Origin: a virus | Taxonomy: Duplodnaviria; Caudoviricetes | Length of the DNA: 64,000 nt | Virus record (IMG/VR): IMGVR_UViG_3300025012_000084 | Location: 1,617 to 65,616 of that record | Direction: 5' to 3' (one strand) | Shown here: positions 32,001-40,547 of the stretch, in pieces | How the letters are laid out: each line of letters starts with the position of its first letter | How positions within the stretch are numbered: position 1 is the first letter of the stretch | Made by a program: the position numbers and the translations under genes | Notes under the pieces: generated by a model | Told to the model about the DNA's origin: nothing | Seen by the model: only the letters and a program-made list of their open reading frames with translations | Database searches by the model: none

Positions 32001-32310
32001 GGGGTTCACGCCAACGGTTGAGACCGCGTACTACGACGAGAAGTCCAAGCAGGCGCGAATTTCCGGATACTACGACGAGCAGGCGACTGAGATCACCCAG
32101 CAATACATAGCCGCGCGCGAGTCGGGAGAAGGTATGCCGGAGGTGATGCAGGAGCTTAGAGACATAAATGCAGAGAGAGCCGAAAAAGGCGGTAAGCCGA
32201 TTCCGTTCAGCCGACTGCAAAAGGCGTTCAACGAAAAACAGATCTACGCGAAAGAGAGAAATCCTGCCGGCGTCAGAGTGCGTAAATCCGAGGCGTGGAT
32301 GATGGACTAG
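26041..32310 (+). CDS. Large polyvalent / internal virion protein (PLxRFG domain, HExxH zincin-like motif)
   Basis: 2089 aa; FHEALGH and YFPLARFG motifs. Confidence 0.75.
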   Translation: MAQRLLALPDGNKIEYDDEKYSIYTALDAARIQFPGSFPVDDTAKPSAWRRVPDIGIAALKTMVAVPEMVTGIADIPTGGAFGKAVESSGVQFAETQKILDTLYSPQQQAANAALRDADGFLATLAAGASNPSSVMAVIGESVGPMLAGSVYARGIRSLYGIGAAPAASIGEGLAMTGSAAEGIRQQTETGYLSPEQSLAALGSGVGGALTGYAGAKASKAMGVTDIDVAMAEGVAGATSKRALIARLAAGGVSEGAFEEMPQSAQEQIWSNYALGKPLMEGVPESMATGLMAGTGMGAAANILPKAGTPVPSPQDVVPPAQPDAALPAPPAGSVQDMFSGEYGVPPQEPAPEMVPDIEVSPDQASLQFPTITQDAFAGLLTTREGTQTALDYIKNSVPDGVPGKDEALKLYQKKLDSYIAAEAETEREGKLAAESAFTSAVPLPTGEIKAPRSPDGITLTKEMLVNAGIHRGNKKLQKVQDDLLAHSDMAENAEYIRSVLDGFEEGVRSLPDAARAEVLVRGMDSIRNQISAAEKKKSDVDAAWRAQEKSATAQTLKRVNESVIGRGLQGLDVLSSGSSARQEAEAAQKQLDEQSFAQLQKEMAVPGTQFGLQGEITPPGATPPTTAQVASADTFEQKTAAMFSTPRTPGKIAVPTKDALQPRQEEAGGLDKVAPKASKIGGVERQETSKLISAQAVVAALNTISIKEKTTAAGKKARQYRQSAMSPNSTDADLAVAATFVQEYEAKAEPKAKAEPKAKAEPKAKAEPKAKAEPKAKAEPKAKAEPKAAREVEDIEVDLADAAISGTDAEISDLRKELAVAKARSGRVKLGGRAEDSKETAAAVTEENKGRVSRTAMSATTKLVPPKHLIAATRKMVENILRGWINPPIVRVVSLADLSADDLAFAVGDAESPAAYGWIDGDGVITLIHDHLSTLSDVKATLFHEALGHYGLRSKFGADLNRLLQDIYDTNPKLRAMADRQIELGTATEAVGGMEEVLADSQMSRGVDQTVIGRIVSLVRNFARDMGMRFSYSENDVRSILRQAQRAVEKGGVRPVSARAAIVSKRSAVGRIGEVLGIHMPGVKKTSLAQAVGAQNSAIKAVIASPWARVLSSKLDTMLLYGMTMSQIGEVYSGLFKKGGLRAVISAVEDLSSTRMKYIKQGDAIGNQFLRDVDLEFRALANDMMARSTKDGIFPDKTFEENAALGTVTEDRRDAYDDIATEYAALKRGMDARTPGSGQKFENVYRAMYTHGKFLYDEKLRQTEENIGDLFKKQKAVATAAIAKNPSRENKAALRSLDRDLKVFQEKLGVLRNRVAGPYFPLARFGNHIVTMASKDYETAEEEVDALRKQLEPIESLVDEDPSDANKAELKALREKYSDAKKTLEKLTASPDDYYVEVFEGEADALRAFDEMAADAEEKGEGAIVRKTLAKDYEGRDSVPATREFMDKISSAVTGTMSAQEASRFNTLMATVMTEMSLSDTVRRQLRRKNVSGHDKDMFRGFSRMVSSDAHFLANLAHRQHISEALSDMKLEADTVRGDNSKQIKVLNVMSKHIDGQTDYAGKNLASNITSWTSVWMLLTSPAYIASNMTQPWIVSLPLLAADSNVASAVAALNKGLSEAMSVVKLSAEAGEDTGFIKKWSNVLVDVEVVRAQLGDEAADLINHMLDNQLIDVSLSSDAGLNSNAGSGIKDAVLKAVGSAPHLTEVTNRIGTALAAFSLARRENPNASKDELYSYVKKVLDNTHFNYSADNEPLAWKKLPFAHVLLQFKKYQEGMLYLVFNNIATAVSRNPDVTLKERKAARALLGYLAGTHFVAAGAIGVPLSGAVMGVINAAMAALGGDDEPWDSATELHDGIAEVFGDDFATIISKGLPAYLGLDLSQKLGSGDIASFTRFTDDKAQGKEWYKSMLVNSMGPFFGGLAPRAFDGANFLLHGDLWKASEKFAPSIVSSTMKAYRFADEGLTTMYGNVAIPAESFGAHEIFGKALGFTPTVETAYYDEKSKQARISGYYDEQATEITQQYIAARESGEGMPEVMQELRDINAERAEKGGKPIPFSRLQKAFNEKQIYAKERNPAGVRVRKSEAWMMD
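28279..28404 (+). repeat. 18-bp coding tandem repeat (AKAEPK x7)
   Basis: GCCAAGGCAGAACCAAAG x7, one variant base. Confidence 0.95.
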
Positions 32311-32504
32311 CCGATCCTGATTACACGAAGCCCGTACATCCCACGCTCTATCCCACGCACCACTGTGACCGTCACACCTGCCCGAGCAGCTTTTCGACGC
32401 AACCGTTGCTCGGCGAGAGCCTCGTCGTAAGCCGGGTAGAAAAAGCTGCTGCCGACTTCCATTGTTGACAGAGGCGTTGTGAAAGTCTCTTTTTTGGAGA
32501 TCAT
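32307..32504 (-). CDS. Small hypothetical protein
   Basis: MEVGSSFF.P...GLRV.R motif common in phage small proteins. Confidence 0.65.
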   Translation of the reverse strand: MISKKETFTTPLSTMEVGSSFFYPAYDEALAEQRLRRKAARAGVTVTVVRGIERGMYGLRVIRIG

Positions 32505-33094
32505 CGCGAGAACAGCTCCAGAATCGCATCTTGGGCTTCAGATGCGACTACGCCGGTTGCAAACAGTTCGTTGGCTATTAGAGCAGCGGCTACTGTGGAC
32601 GCCGCTAAATGAGTGCGGCTTTTATCAGGCAGAACATCTTTGTACCTGGAAACCAGTGCTTGCACAAGTTTCTCTGACTCCAATTCATTGTCCGATATGT
32701 ACGCCATGAACGCGGTTCCAGTACAGCCGTATCCAGCGTCGAGACGTTCTATCGGCGCGCCCTCAAAGACTAGACACATCGCGTTAGGTGGCACCGAAGT
32801 CTTCTTGCCTCCCCCCTGGTCTTCGCCCCACACCCATCGAGCGTTACTTGCCGCCGATTCGTTTTGAGCCCCTGTGAAACATATCTGCACCTCGTGTCCG
32901 CAGGTCTGCAAGTACAACACTACACCTAGTGATAGATACACCGATACCAGTGAATGTAGTCCTGTAGAGCATAGTCTGATCGGAGCAGCGTCTTCGCGCC
33001 TAGAGAACGGTGGAATAGCGTCGTTGACGCCAAGTGTCGTTCGACCTCGCCACCGATTTGGGACGGTCATTTCTACAATATCCGGCAACAACAT
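32501..33094 (-). CDS. Hypothetical protein
   Basis: GGGAG RBS before ATG 33094; ATGA overlap with next gene. Confidence 0.55.
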   Translation of the reverse strand: MLLPDIVEMTVPNRWRGRTTLGVNDAIPPFSRREDAAPIRLCSTGLHSLVSVYLSLGVVLYLQTCGHEVQICFTGAQNESAASNARWVWGEDQGGGKKTSVPPNAMCLVFEGAPIERLDAGYGCTGTAFMAYISDNELESEKLVQALVSRYKDVLPDKSRTHLAASTVAAALIANELFATGVVASEAQDAILELFSR

Positions 33095-33107
33095 GTCAGC
33101 ACTCCCA

Positions 33108-33176
33108 TAAAAATCCCGCCGTTTTACCGGCGGGAAAGATGCTTCCACTCTCTTGGCGGGGGGACCCATTCGAGTG
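33108..33176 (-). ncRNA. Putative ~70-nt small RNA (C-rich loop hairpin + terminator)
   Basis: Lies between a sigma70-like promoter and terminator TCCCGCCG-GTAAAA-CGGCGGGA-TTTTT. Confidence 0.55.
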
Positions 33177-33181
33177 GAAGC

Positions 33182-33210
33182 ACAATACCAAACCTGACTG
33201 AATCTGTCAA
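33182..33210 (-). promoter_or_regulatory. Sigma70-like promoter
   Basis: TTGACA-17 bp-TATTGT on - strand. Confidence 0.65.
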
Positions 33211-36161
33211 GTACCTTGCTTGGACATCATTGATATGATGTTGTCAATGGCTGAGTATGTGGCGGCACTGCTCTCCATGGCATCCATGCTGAACTTGAAG
33301 CACCGGCACTGTCCGGCGGTTATATCTGTGCCGCTTCCCATATATAATCGCTCAGGGACAGCGCTTTTTACCCATCCTTCTTTTATCGACGCGGCGATGA
33401 TGTCTCTGAAGCTGACATGCCGCTCTACTGACCATTTAACCATGGCGGCCTGCGATATATATACCGCTCTGTCATCAGTCACAGCCCGCCCTGTGATAGC
33501 TCCGCGAGGCTCTCGAATTATGTACACAGGCTTTTTACACCCTTTTCCGCTGCTATATGTGTCGGTTACAAGGATGCCTTGCCACAGCTCCGCCAGCATG
33601 TGGCTTGCCAGCTCTGACGGGTCGGATGTCGCTCGGAGAATGTCGCATCGGAATTCGTCTACCTGCGACATTATCCATTCCAGCAGTTGTGACATATCGA
33701 ATGATATCAGACCAAGATCCCTTGCTATCATAAGCCCTGTTATTGACACAGTTATCCCTACCGACCAGTATCTGTCCTTCCTGCGCAGGTGGCATCTGTC
33801 GTCCACCATCTTCTGCACAGCTACAAGCCTTGATCGAACCGCATCTTGATTTTCCACCACATACGCCATATAGGCTCTGCCGGCGTAGCCGTAGTTGTTG
33901 TACAGCTTGCGGAACAACATGTCGGCCTTCTCTTTCGAGTGCGGAGACACGTCTCTGAATGTAAACTCCATCATCCGCGCGATTTCTGCGTCAGACCCTG
34001 GCTTGTACGCTGCGATTATGTTGGTAAGCGGCTTGTTGGATGATGTCAGCAGGATGGTGGCCCATCCGAACCGAGTCCGGCTCATTCGACCGTCTGTCCT
34101 CAAACCCATTCTTGGGGTTCCGCCGCTGAACGTGTAAAGCATTTCTGATGCGTCTTGGGGCTTGATGTTCGTTATCTCATCGACAACTATCGGCAAATTG
34201 TGCATCAGACCGGCGTGTGCAAACACAAATTTCGGCGTGGCCTGCTGTGTCGAGATGGACAGCGACGAACTGTTGTCACTTTTGCCGTCTCCGAATATGC
34301 CCATGGCCATATGTTCGGCGGTAGTCTTGCCTTGGCCAGACCCGAACGACAATGCAGATACAGTCAGTCCGCCATGAAAATCCATCAGGTGCACCAGCGG
34401 GGCTCCGAAGCCTGAACCGAGTATGAATTGGTATTGCTCTTGACCTGGTTTGTTGTATGTCTCATCAATCAAATCTCGCCAGCAAGCGAGAGTGCCTTTT
34501 GGGTTGAACTTCCCCACCATCCGCTCGGCATCTCCGCCCACACGTACTTTGTCCACAACGCCATCAGGCTTTATAAGCGAATCGCCTAGCAGGAAGCTGT
34601 CGCCATGCCATCCGAAGTGCATATATGTCTCTACGCCGAGGGTGTCCCGCTTTACCTCAGAAAACCATGCTGTGATGTAGCTCTCCATGGACATTTTCTG
34701 TCCGTGAGATGCCAGCACTCCTTGCTCTCCTAGCTCCTTGAACAGGGCTGTGCCTCCACACCCCATGGCCGCACCAGTCAGCTCGAAGTCTCTCCAGGAT
34801 CCCGCGCGCTCGCGCAGTTTCCATACCATCACCAGCATATCCTGACTGTCTCGGTAGAAGCAGTAAGGGTAGAAGAAGAAGTCGCAGAACACGACGAACT
34901 CGAATAAAGCGTCGGCATCACCGGCTTTTGAGCCTTTTACAGGTACGTTCTTGCTCAGCTTTCCGTCAAGCCATTTAAACCTTCGCTGCATTCCGATCGG
35001 TAGTGCAGGTACTTCCAGCGTTGTGTCTACTTCCAAACCATCCTGGACAGTTTTAACGGTCTCGACCATCAACACTTTTGGCTGCCCGAGCTGTATCGGA
35101 CTTGTTATGACCCCTTTGTGCTTGCAGGTTTTACATATCCGGCGCATTGCAGGTGCGCTGTCTCGTTGCAACACTTCACACGAAGTCGGCCCGGCGTTCC
35201 ACGCAGCGGCCTTTTCGACAGTCAGCTCATAAGAATACTCTTTGTGGCCTCTCGAGAAGTCGTGTATCGCGGTCTCGCAGTCTGTTGTGTGCTTTACCAC
35301 TCCAAGCACCTTGTGCCACAGCGGCTCCTGGACATTTCCGCCGACCTCGTACACCGCGCGCAGGAGACCGCAGTCTTTCAGTATCTCCACAGTAGACGAT
35401 GGAGGGTACTCCACCGCGTTGCTCGCTATTTCGTTTAGCTGCATGTCAGCGGCACTATATAAAATACTGCCTTCGAACGGAAGACTATCTGCTGGCGGCG
35501 GACTCGTTGTTACCAGCGGAGCAAGGAAATCTTCAAGCGAGACGCGCTCACCTACATTACCTATAACTGTGACCTCGCGTGACTCAGCGCTTGCCTTTCT
35601 GTTGTGTGACCCGACCGGACGCAACACACGCGCGCAATCCGTTGTGCAACTCGCGTCATGCAAGACACCATGCGCATCCAGAGTGTTTTTGAACCGCGTG
35701 GCGGCTTGTGTCCATACGTCGCTCGCTATTGACTCGTTCAAGATCCAATATACATGCAGGCCGTAGCCGGAGTTTATTGTAAGCGTCGGCTTTTTAATGC
35801 CTGATGCGATGCAGAAGGTGTCTATGGCAGCTAGGGCAGCAGCTTGGTCAGGGTAATCTGTGCCGTCGTTTCGGCCCTTGCAGTCCAAGTCAACCCAAAA
35901 GCACTTCAGCTTTTCAGCATTTTCTTGGGTGCGTTGTCTGAGCTTGCCGCTGGTGTCGGCGTAGCGCTCTTTCTTGAACGACGCCATTGCATAATAGATG
36001 TTCGATTCTGTGCACGTCATAGCCTTGATGCTCGCTACAGTGGCTAGACGTGATATCGTGGGCGCGTGAAAGTGCTTTTTAGCCCCTTTTAACGGTATTT
36101 CTAAGACGAAGAAGTGATCTCCGTCCGGAGCGACTAGCTCCATAAATTCTTGTATGTTCAC
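33207..36161 (-). CDS. Primase-helicase (primase-like N-terminus, DUF927-like + P-loop NTPase)
   Basis: WVDLDC, SGYGLHVYW, RVLRPVGSHN; GSGQGKT Walker A, VVDE Walker B; GTG start after GGGGGG. Confidence 0.85.
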   Translation of the reverse strand: MNIQEFMELVAPDGDHFFVLEIPLKGAKKHFHAPTISRLATVASIKAMTCTESNIYYAMASFKKERYADTSGKLRQRTQENAEKLKCFWVDLDCKGRNDGTDYPDQAAALAAIDTFCIASGIKKPTLTINSGYGLHVYWILNESIASDVWTQAATRFKNTLDAHGVLHDASCTTDCARVLRPVGSHNRKASAESREVTVIGNVGERVSLEDFLAPLVTTSPPPADSLPFEGSILYSAADMQLNEIASNAVEYPPSSTVEILKDCGLLRAVYEVGGNVQEPLWHKVLGVVKHTTDCETAIHDFSRGHKEYSYELTVEKAAAWNAGPTSCEVLQRDSAPAMRRICKTCKHKGVITSPIQLGQPKVLMVETVKTVQDGLEVDTTLEVPALPIGMQRRFKWLDGKLSKNVPVKGSKAGDADALFEFVVFCDFFFYPYCFYRDSQDMLVMVWKLRERAGSWRDFELTGAAMGCGGTALFKELGEQGVLASHGQKMSMESYITAWFSEVKRDTLGVETYMHFGWHGDSFLLGDSLIKPDGVVDKVRVGGDAERMVGKFNPKGTLACWRDLIDETYNKPGQEQYQFILGSGFGAPLVHLMDFHGGLTVSALSFGSGQGKTTAEHMAMGIFGDGKSDNSSSLSISTQQATPKFVFAHAGLMHNLPIVVDEITNIKPQDASEMLYTFSGGTPRMGLRTDGRMSRTRFGWATILLTSSNKPLTNIIAAYKPGSDAEIARMMEFTFRDVSPHSKEKADMLFRKLYNNYGYAGRAYMAYVVENQDAVRSRLVAVQKMVDDRCHLRRKDRYWSVGITVSITGLMIARDLGLISFDMSQLLEWIMSQVDEFRCDILRATSDPSELASHMLAELWQGILVTDTYSSGKGCKKPVYIIREPRGAITGRAVTDDRAVYISQAAMVKWSVERHVSFRDIIAASIKEGWVKSAVPERLYMGSGTDITAGQCRCFKFSMDAMESSAATYSAIDNIISMMSKQGT

Positions 36162-36224
36162 TGGATCCCCCCGGTTCAACGTCTGATGATACGCTCTGCT
36201 TGCGCAGCATTCAAGCTGACTGAA

Positions 36225-36491
36225 TTACCGGAGACGACCGTGGCTCTCTATGGCGATTTTTGTTGCGTACCTACGTTCAGCTACTGTCACTCGCTTCCTG
36301 TCAATGGGCAAGTCTCCATTGACAATGGCTGACTGTATAGCAGATACCAGTTCAGCCACCTCATTCCGGCGAAGTACGTGCTGCGGCAAGCCTCCACACC
36401 ATTTGCTGACAGCGGTTCGCGACACTCCGCACATAACTCCAAATTCAGCCATAGATATTCCTGCTACATCGAGTGTTTTTTTGAGACTCAT
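36225..36491 (-). CDS. Cro/CI-like HTH regulator
   Basis: GISMAEFGVMCGVSRTAVSKW. Confidence 0.7.
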   Translation of the reverse strand: MSLKKTLDVAGISMAEFGVMCGVSRTAVSKWCGGLPQHVLRRNEVAELVSAIQSAIVNGDLPIDRKRVTVAERRYATKIAIESHGRLR

Positions 36492-36505
36492 TATGGCTCC
36501 TTAGC

Positions 36506-36521
36506 GGGGGCCGAAGCCCCC
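36506..36521 (-). terminator. GC hairpin after the ssDNA-binding-like gene
   Basis: GGGGGC-TTCG-GCCCCC on - strand; no clear U-tract. Confidence 0.4.
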
Positions 36522-36529
36522 TTGGTTAA

Positions 36530-37600
36530 TTACGACAACAGCGCGTCGAGTTCTGCGTCGAGAGAGCCTGCGGTGGCCACAGATGCGGTCGCCTTGGCGG
36601 GCTTCGCTGTGGAAGCTCTTGCTGCGCCTGCAAGCGCATCGGTGTTGTAAGTTGTCATCCCACTACCTGCACCATCTTCATCGTCACCCTCCGCGTCCGC
36701 TACGGCCTTCGCTGCGGCTTCTGCGACGGCTTTTGCGGCAGCTACCTTCTTGTCCTTTGCATCGGCTTTGGCTTTCTTCGCGGCGGCTTCTGGGTCAGCA
36801 GCTGGCTTAGCCACTTCTTTTGCCGCTGCGATGTGCGCAGGAGCTGCCCCCAGTGCGTCCAGACCACGATTCTTCCTACCAACGATCGCGAGCACCAGGT
36901 CGTCGTTCATCAGGGACTGCGCCTTGGCAAAGCCAGCTGCATCGAGGAACCCGATCGGTTTGAACAGCATTAACGGGCTGGAAGCTGCGGTATCGAACGA
37001 GACGCGGGTCACTACGCCGTTGATCGGGATGTTCTTCTTGGACAGCAGCTTCGACATCTCAGCCAGGTTCTTCAGCGACAAGGGCGGTACGCGCAGCATC
37101 ATCGGATCGTCGAGGCCATGACCAGCGACAGCCAGACGTTGAACGTCGGAACATGCCTTGCCCTTGGTCGCTTCGCCCTTGTCGTTGACGCCAGAGCCCC
37201 ACGCGTTTTGCGGGCACAGCGCGCAGGTCGAGCACTGAGGTGCTGCCACAGACGCGTCAGGGGTGATAGCATCGTTCGAGAAACAGTCGGGCTTCTCCGC
37301 CGCGCCGTCCACGTAGCCATCTTCATAGAACGTCTTGGCCTTCTGGATGTTCAGGATCGTCACCTCAATATAAGTGGCTGGCTCGTCGGGATCGGACGGA
37401 TTGGCTTTGGGGCGCATGATGAGCGTCTTCTCACCATCGCGGCTGACATGAAATCGACTGCCCTTGATCGAGATCACAGGGAACTTGACTGAGGCAAATT
37501 CCTCAGCTGCGTCATTCAGTGCGAGCGCTCCAGCGCCTACGTGCGCGATCAGGTGTGCCGGCATGCTGGTCATTTGGTCAAACGGGATTACTTGGTTCAT
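36530..37600 (-). CDS. Putative ssDNA-binding/recombination protein
   Basis: ISIKGSRF, CSTCALCPQNAWGS, LRVPPLSLKN; acidic C-terminus; within replication module. Confidence 0.6.
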   Translation of the reverse strand: MNQVIPFDQMTSMPAHLIAHVGAGALALNDAAEEFASVKFPVISIKGSRFHVSRDGEKTLIMRPKANPSDPDEPATYIEVTILNIQKAKTFYEDGYVDGAAEKPDCFSNDAITPDASVAAPQCSTCALCPQNAWGSGVNDKGEATKGKACSDVQRLAVAGHGLDDPMMLRVPPLSLKNLAEMSKLLSKKNIPINGVVTRVSFDTAASSPLMLFKPIGFLDAAGFAKAQSLMNDDLVLAIVGRKNRGLDALGAAPAHIAAAKEVAKPAADPEAAAKKAKADAKDKKVAAAKAVAEAAAKAVADAEGDDEDGAGSGMTTYNTDALAGAARASTAKPAKATASVATAGSLDAELDALLS

Positions 37601-37625
37601 TGTGTTGCTCCTCGTTGTGGTTGGG

Positions 37626-37811
37626 TTACTTGGTTGCTGCTTCCGGGCCGTGTTGCGACCCACATACTGTACAACGGTACTCCGGCGGACGGCCTTGCAC
37701 TATCAACTTTTGCGTCGCCACTCTGATGCCTTTGCCGTAGGTGGCGTCTTGAAATTCAGCACCTTGAGAATTTCCTCGACCGTCGCTCTTGCAGTTATAT
37801 TTGATGTTCAT
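37626..37811 (-). CDS. Small Zn-ribbon protein
   Basis: FQDATYGKGIRV...YRCTVCG. Confidence 0.6.
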   Translation of the reverse strand: MNIKYNCKSDGRGNSQGAEFQDATYGKGIRVATQKLIVQGRPPEYRCTVCGSQHGPEAATK

Positions 37812-37821
37812 TTTAGGTCTC

Positions 37822-38223
37822 CTATCGTTTTGCCGGCCTGTTGACCGACACTGAAACTATCCGCGTAACATCGACTCCCGGCGGTAGCTTGCCATTCGCT
37901 TCGATGTACTCCGTTACTGCCGTGTTGTTCACCCTGTTCTCCAAGAAGCTGATTGCTCCTTCGCGGATTACGAAGTCTAAAAATACGTCCCTGTCTGCAA
38001 CCTTCGAGCTGGTCGAGGTCTTCTTGAAGAACGTACCGGACTCGGTCTTGGAACTTTCCTGCCCGGTGGCGTTCAGGAACCCCATCATTTGCGCCTCTAT
38101 CTCATCCATCTTGGCGGTGATGCGCCCCACCTTCTTTTCGTGCTCGGCGTTGAACTTCGCTTTGAAATCGCGGAGCGCAATATATTTCGCCGTCAGTTCG
38201 TCTGCTCTGATTTGGTCAGTCAT
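37822..38223 (-). CDS. Conserved replication-module hypothetical protein
   Basis: AAGGAGG RBS; YIALRD...KTESGT...LPPGV. Confidence 0.75.
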   Translation of the reverse strand: MTDQIRADELTAKYIALRDFKAKFNAEHEKKVGRITAKMDEIEAQMMGFLNATGQESSKTESGTFFKKTSTSSKVADRDVFLDFVIREGAISFLENRVNNTAVTEYIEANGKLPPGVDVTRIVSVSVNRPAKR

Positions 38224-38251
38224 TTTGTTTCACCTCCTTTAGTGTTAAGAC

Positions 38252-38280
38252 AGTTTACTTATATGGTGTTTGTGTGTCAA
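38252..38280 (-). promoter_or_regulatory. Sigma70-like promoter
   Basis: TTGACA-17 bp-TAAACT. Confidence 0.7.
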
Positions 38281-38288
38281 GCGACTTT

Positions 38289-39851
38289 TCATTCCAACCT
38301 CTCTTTGATTATATCAAGCAGCAAATTCTGCATCGACGATTTCGATTGCAGCCGTTTGTACATCTTTCTCTCCACCTCGCTTCCTTCGATATGAAAAATC
38401 AACGTGTTCCGTTTCTGCCCTGGACGAACGATGCGTCCGTTCGCCTGCACGTAGGTCTCGTGGTCGTTGGTCGGGATGAACCAGATGATTGTATTAGCTT
38501 CGACAAGGGTTAGTCCGTGAGACATGCACTTGGGGTGCGCCACAATCACATGCAGACCACCGGGGCGCTGGAACTCGCTGAATATCCGGTCGCGCTCATT
38601 CTTGCCGACGCCTCCATGCACCACTTCCACCGGCCACATATCTTTCAGTGCTTCTGCCACCATACTGAGGCTGCCCAGCAGCGGGACAAATACGATTACC
38701 TTGCCGGCGGACTCCTCAATCACTTCCTTGAGTACCGTGATGCGGTCGGCGCAATCGAACCGGACACACTCACCCTCTTGGTTGTATGCACATCCTGAAC
38801 TGATCTGCAAGAGCTTCTGAACTTTAACCGCTTCGTTTACCGCCATTATCTGCCCGGCCTTCGACTCCGCCACCAGCTGCGTGATCATCTGCTTGTACGC
38901 CTTTTTCTGCTCGGCTGACATCTCTACGTAGCGGTGCTCGTACATCGTCGGAGGCAGATCAACGCACTCATCCCGCCTAAATAACACCGAAGGCTGCATG
39001 GCCTCCTGCACGGTCTGTAATGCGTTGTCTCTGGCGACCCACTTGAACTGCGACACCTTGCGCTCTACCATCTCCCGGAACATCCCGAAGTATGGAGGAA
39101 CCCGGTGAGGTGCGATGAGCCTGCACTGCGCCCATGCGTCTGTCGGTCGGTTTGGTATCGGTGTGCCGGTCAGCCCCCACAAGAACTTCTTGCCCTCTGT
39201 TATGCGCTTGAGAGCCTTCCACCTATCAGTACCTGCGTTGCGAAACGACGCCAGCTCGTCTACCGCCACCGCGTCGATGTCTTTGCGTTTGAGCAGCGCG
39301 TCGCGGATTTCTGGCACCTTCACCCCATCATGGTTGATGATGTAGATGTCAGCCGGATATTCGAGCTGCGCCACGCGTCGCTTCGCAGAGCCGTACAGCA
39401 CCGAGGCTTCGAGGTGGGGGAAGTGCCGGAATATTTCGTCAGCCCACACCCGTTCCATCGTGGACAGCGGCGTCACAATCAGCATGCGCTTCACGAGCCC
39501 AATGCTGCGCAGGTAATCGAACGACCACAGCGCGCTCAACGTCTTGCCGGTGCCGAGGTCGGACAAAACAAACATCCGACTATTGAGCGTCAGCATGTCT
39601 GCCGTCACCAGCTGGGCACGAAACGGTGTGTACTGCCCAGACCACTTGTAGTAATGGCTGACCGGCGAGGAGATGTCGTACCCCATATTGTTCAACACCC
39701 GCGTCTCGTCGAGCTCGTGCGGCACGACAACGAGTTCCACTCCTTTGTAGAGAATCAGCTTCGCCGTTGGAATCACGGTCGTGATGCGTGACGGATGGCT
39801 ATCCCGGAGTAGAATCTTCTTCTTATGAGGAACGATCAGTGCTTTATTCAT
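38289..39851 (-). CDS. SNF2-like SF2 helicase
   Basis: GTGKT, VDELA, LTGTP, HGLTL, QANGRIVRPGQ. Confidence 0.9.
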   Translation of the reverse strand: MNKALIVPHKKKILLRDSHPSRITTVIPTAKLILYKGVELVVVPHELDETRVLNNMGYDISSPVSHYYKWSGQYTPFRAQLVTADMLTLNSRMFVLSDLGTGKTLSALWSFDYLRSIGLVKRMLIVTPLSTMERVWADEIFRHFPHLEASVLYGSAKRRVAQLEYPADIYIINHDGVKVPEIRDALLKRKDIDAVAVDELASFRNAGTDRWKALKRITEGKKFLWGLTGTPIPNRPTDAWAQCRLIAPHRVPPYFGMFREMVERKVSQFKWVARDNALQTVQEAMQPSVLFRRDECVDLPPTMYEHRYVEMSAEQKKAYKQMITQLVAESKAGQIMAVNEAVKVQKLLQISSGCAYNQEGECVRFDCADRITVLKEVIEESAGKVIVFVPLLGSLSMVAEALKDMWPVEVVHGGVGKNERDRIFSEFQRPGGLHVIVAHPKCMSHGLTLVEANTIIWFIPTNDHETYVQANGRIVRPGQKRNTLIFHIEGSEVERKMYKRLQSKSSMQNLLLDIIKERLE

Positions 39852-40059
39852 TTGAGCTCGTCGGCTTCTGCATACTCGAACCTTTAAAATTAGTTGTCAC
39901 GCACAAATTCACGGACTATGCTCCAGGCTGACTCCGTGTTGCATTTTGCGTCTCTTGAAAAAGCACTACCTCGACGTGTGAGAGGGTCAAGAGACGGTAA
40001 CGATTTGCGCCGTTGCGCTGCCAGACAGGGCAGATTTCTTTTTGGAATGTCAGCCACCA

Positions 40060-40380
40060 CTACCAGGGCTTTACACCGGCTGCCCCAGCGTCCTGCACGT
40101 CGACGATCTTTTGGAGCCATTGATCCAAAGCAGAACAGTCTCCATCAATCACAAACACCTTACCCCCAGCCTCTTCGATCTGGGAGATGGTTAGCTCCTG
40201 CCTCGGTGTTGGCTTCTTGCCCGGCGCTTTCGCCTCAATACCGAAGTACCTGCCCATGAAGCACCCGATGAAGTCCAGCGATGGGGCGCCCATTCCGTTT
40301 TGTACAGGGCAGTGCCAATAAGCACCGTGTGCTTTCAGCACTTCTTTGACTGCGGCCTTAACTTTTCCTTCAGGGGTCAT
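40060..40380 (-). CDS. VRR-NUC nuclease
   Basis: MTPEGKVK...DFIGC...IEAKAPGKKPTPRQ. Confidence 0.85.
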   Translation of the reverse strand: MTPEGKVKAAVKEVLKAHGAYWHCPVQNGMGAPSLDFIGCFMGRYFGIEAKAPGKKPTPRQELTISQIEEAGGKVFVIDGDCSALDQWLQKIVDVQDAGAAGVKPW

Positions 40381-40547
40381 CAGTGCATCCTCCTCTCAGT
40401 GACATGATCCTCAAAGAGGGCCACTTCCATCTCGTCAAACGCGAACAGTAAACGAAGCAACCGCCCCGCCATTTCTTTTTCCCTGGGCGACGCTGTCCGA
40501 TCCGCATGCACTTCTCGTATCAGCTCTTCGTCAGTTTGGTGGCTCAT
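40380..40547 (-). CDS. Small hypothetical protein (55 aa, below ORF-track cutoff)
   Basis: MSHQTDEELIREV...; TGATG coupling to VRR-NUC. Confidence 0.5.
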   Translation of the reverse strand: MSHQTDEELIREVHADRTASPREKEMAGRLLRLLFAFDEMEVALFEDHVTERRMH

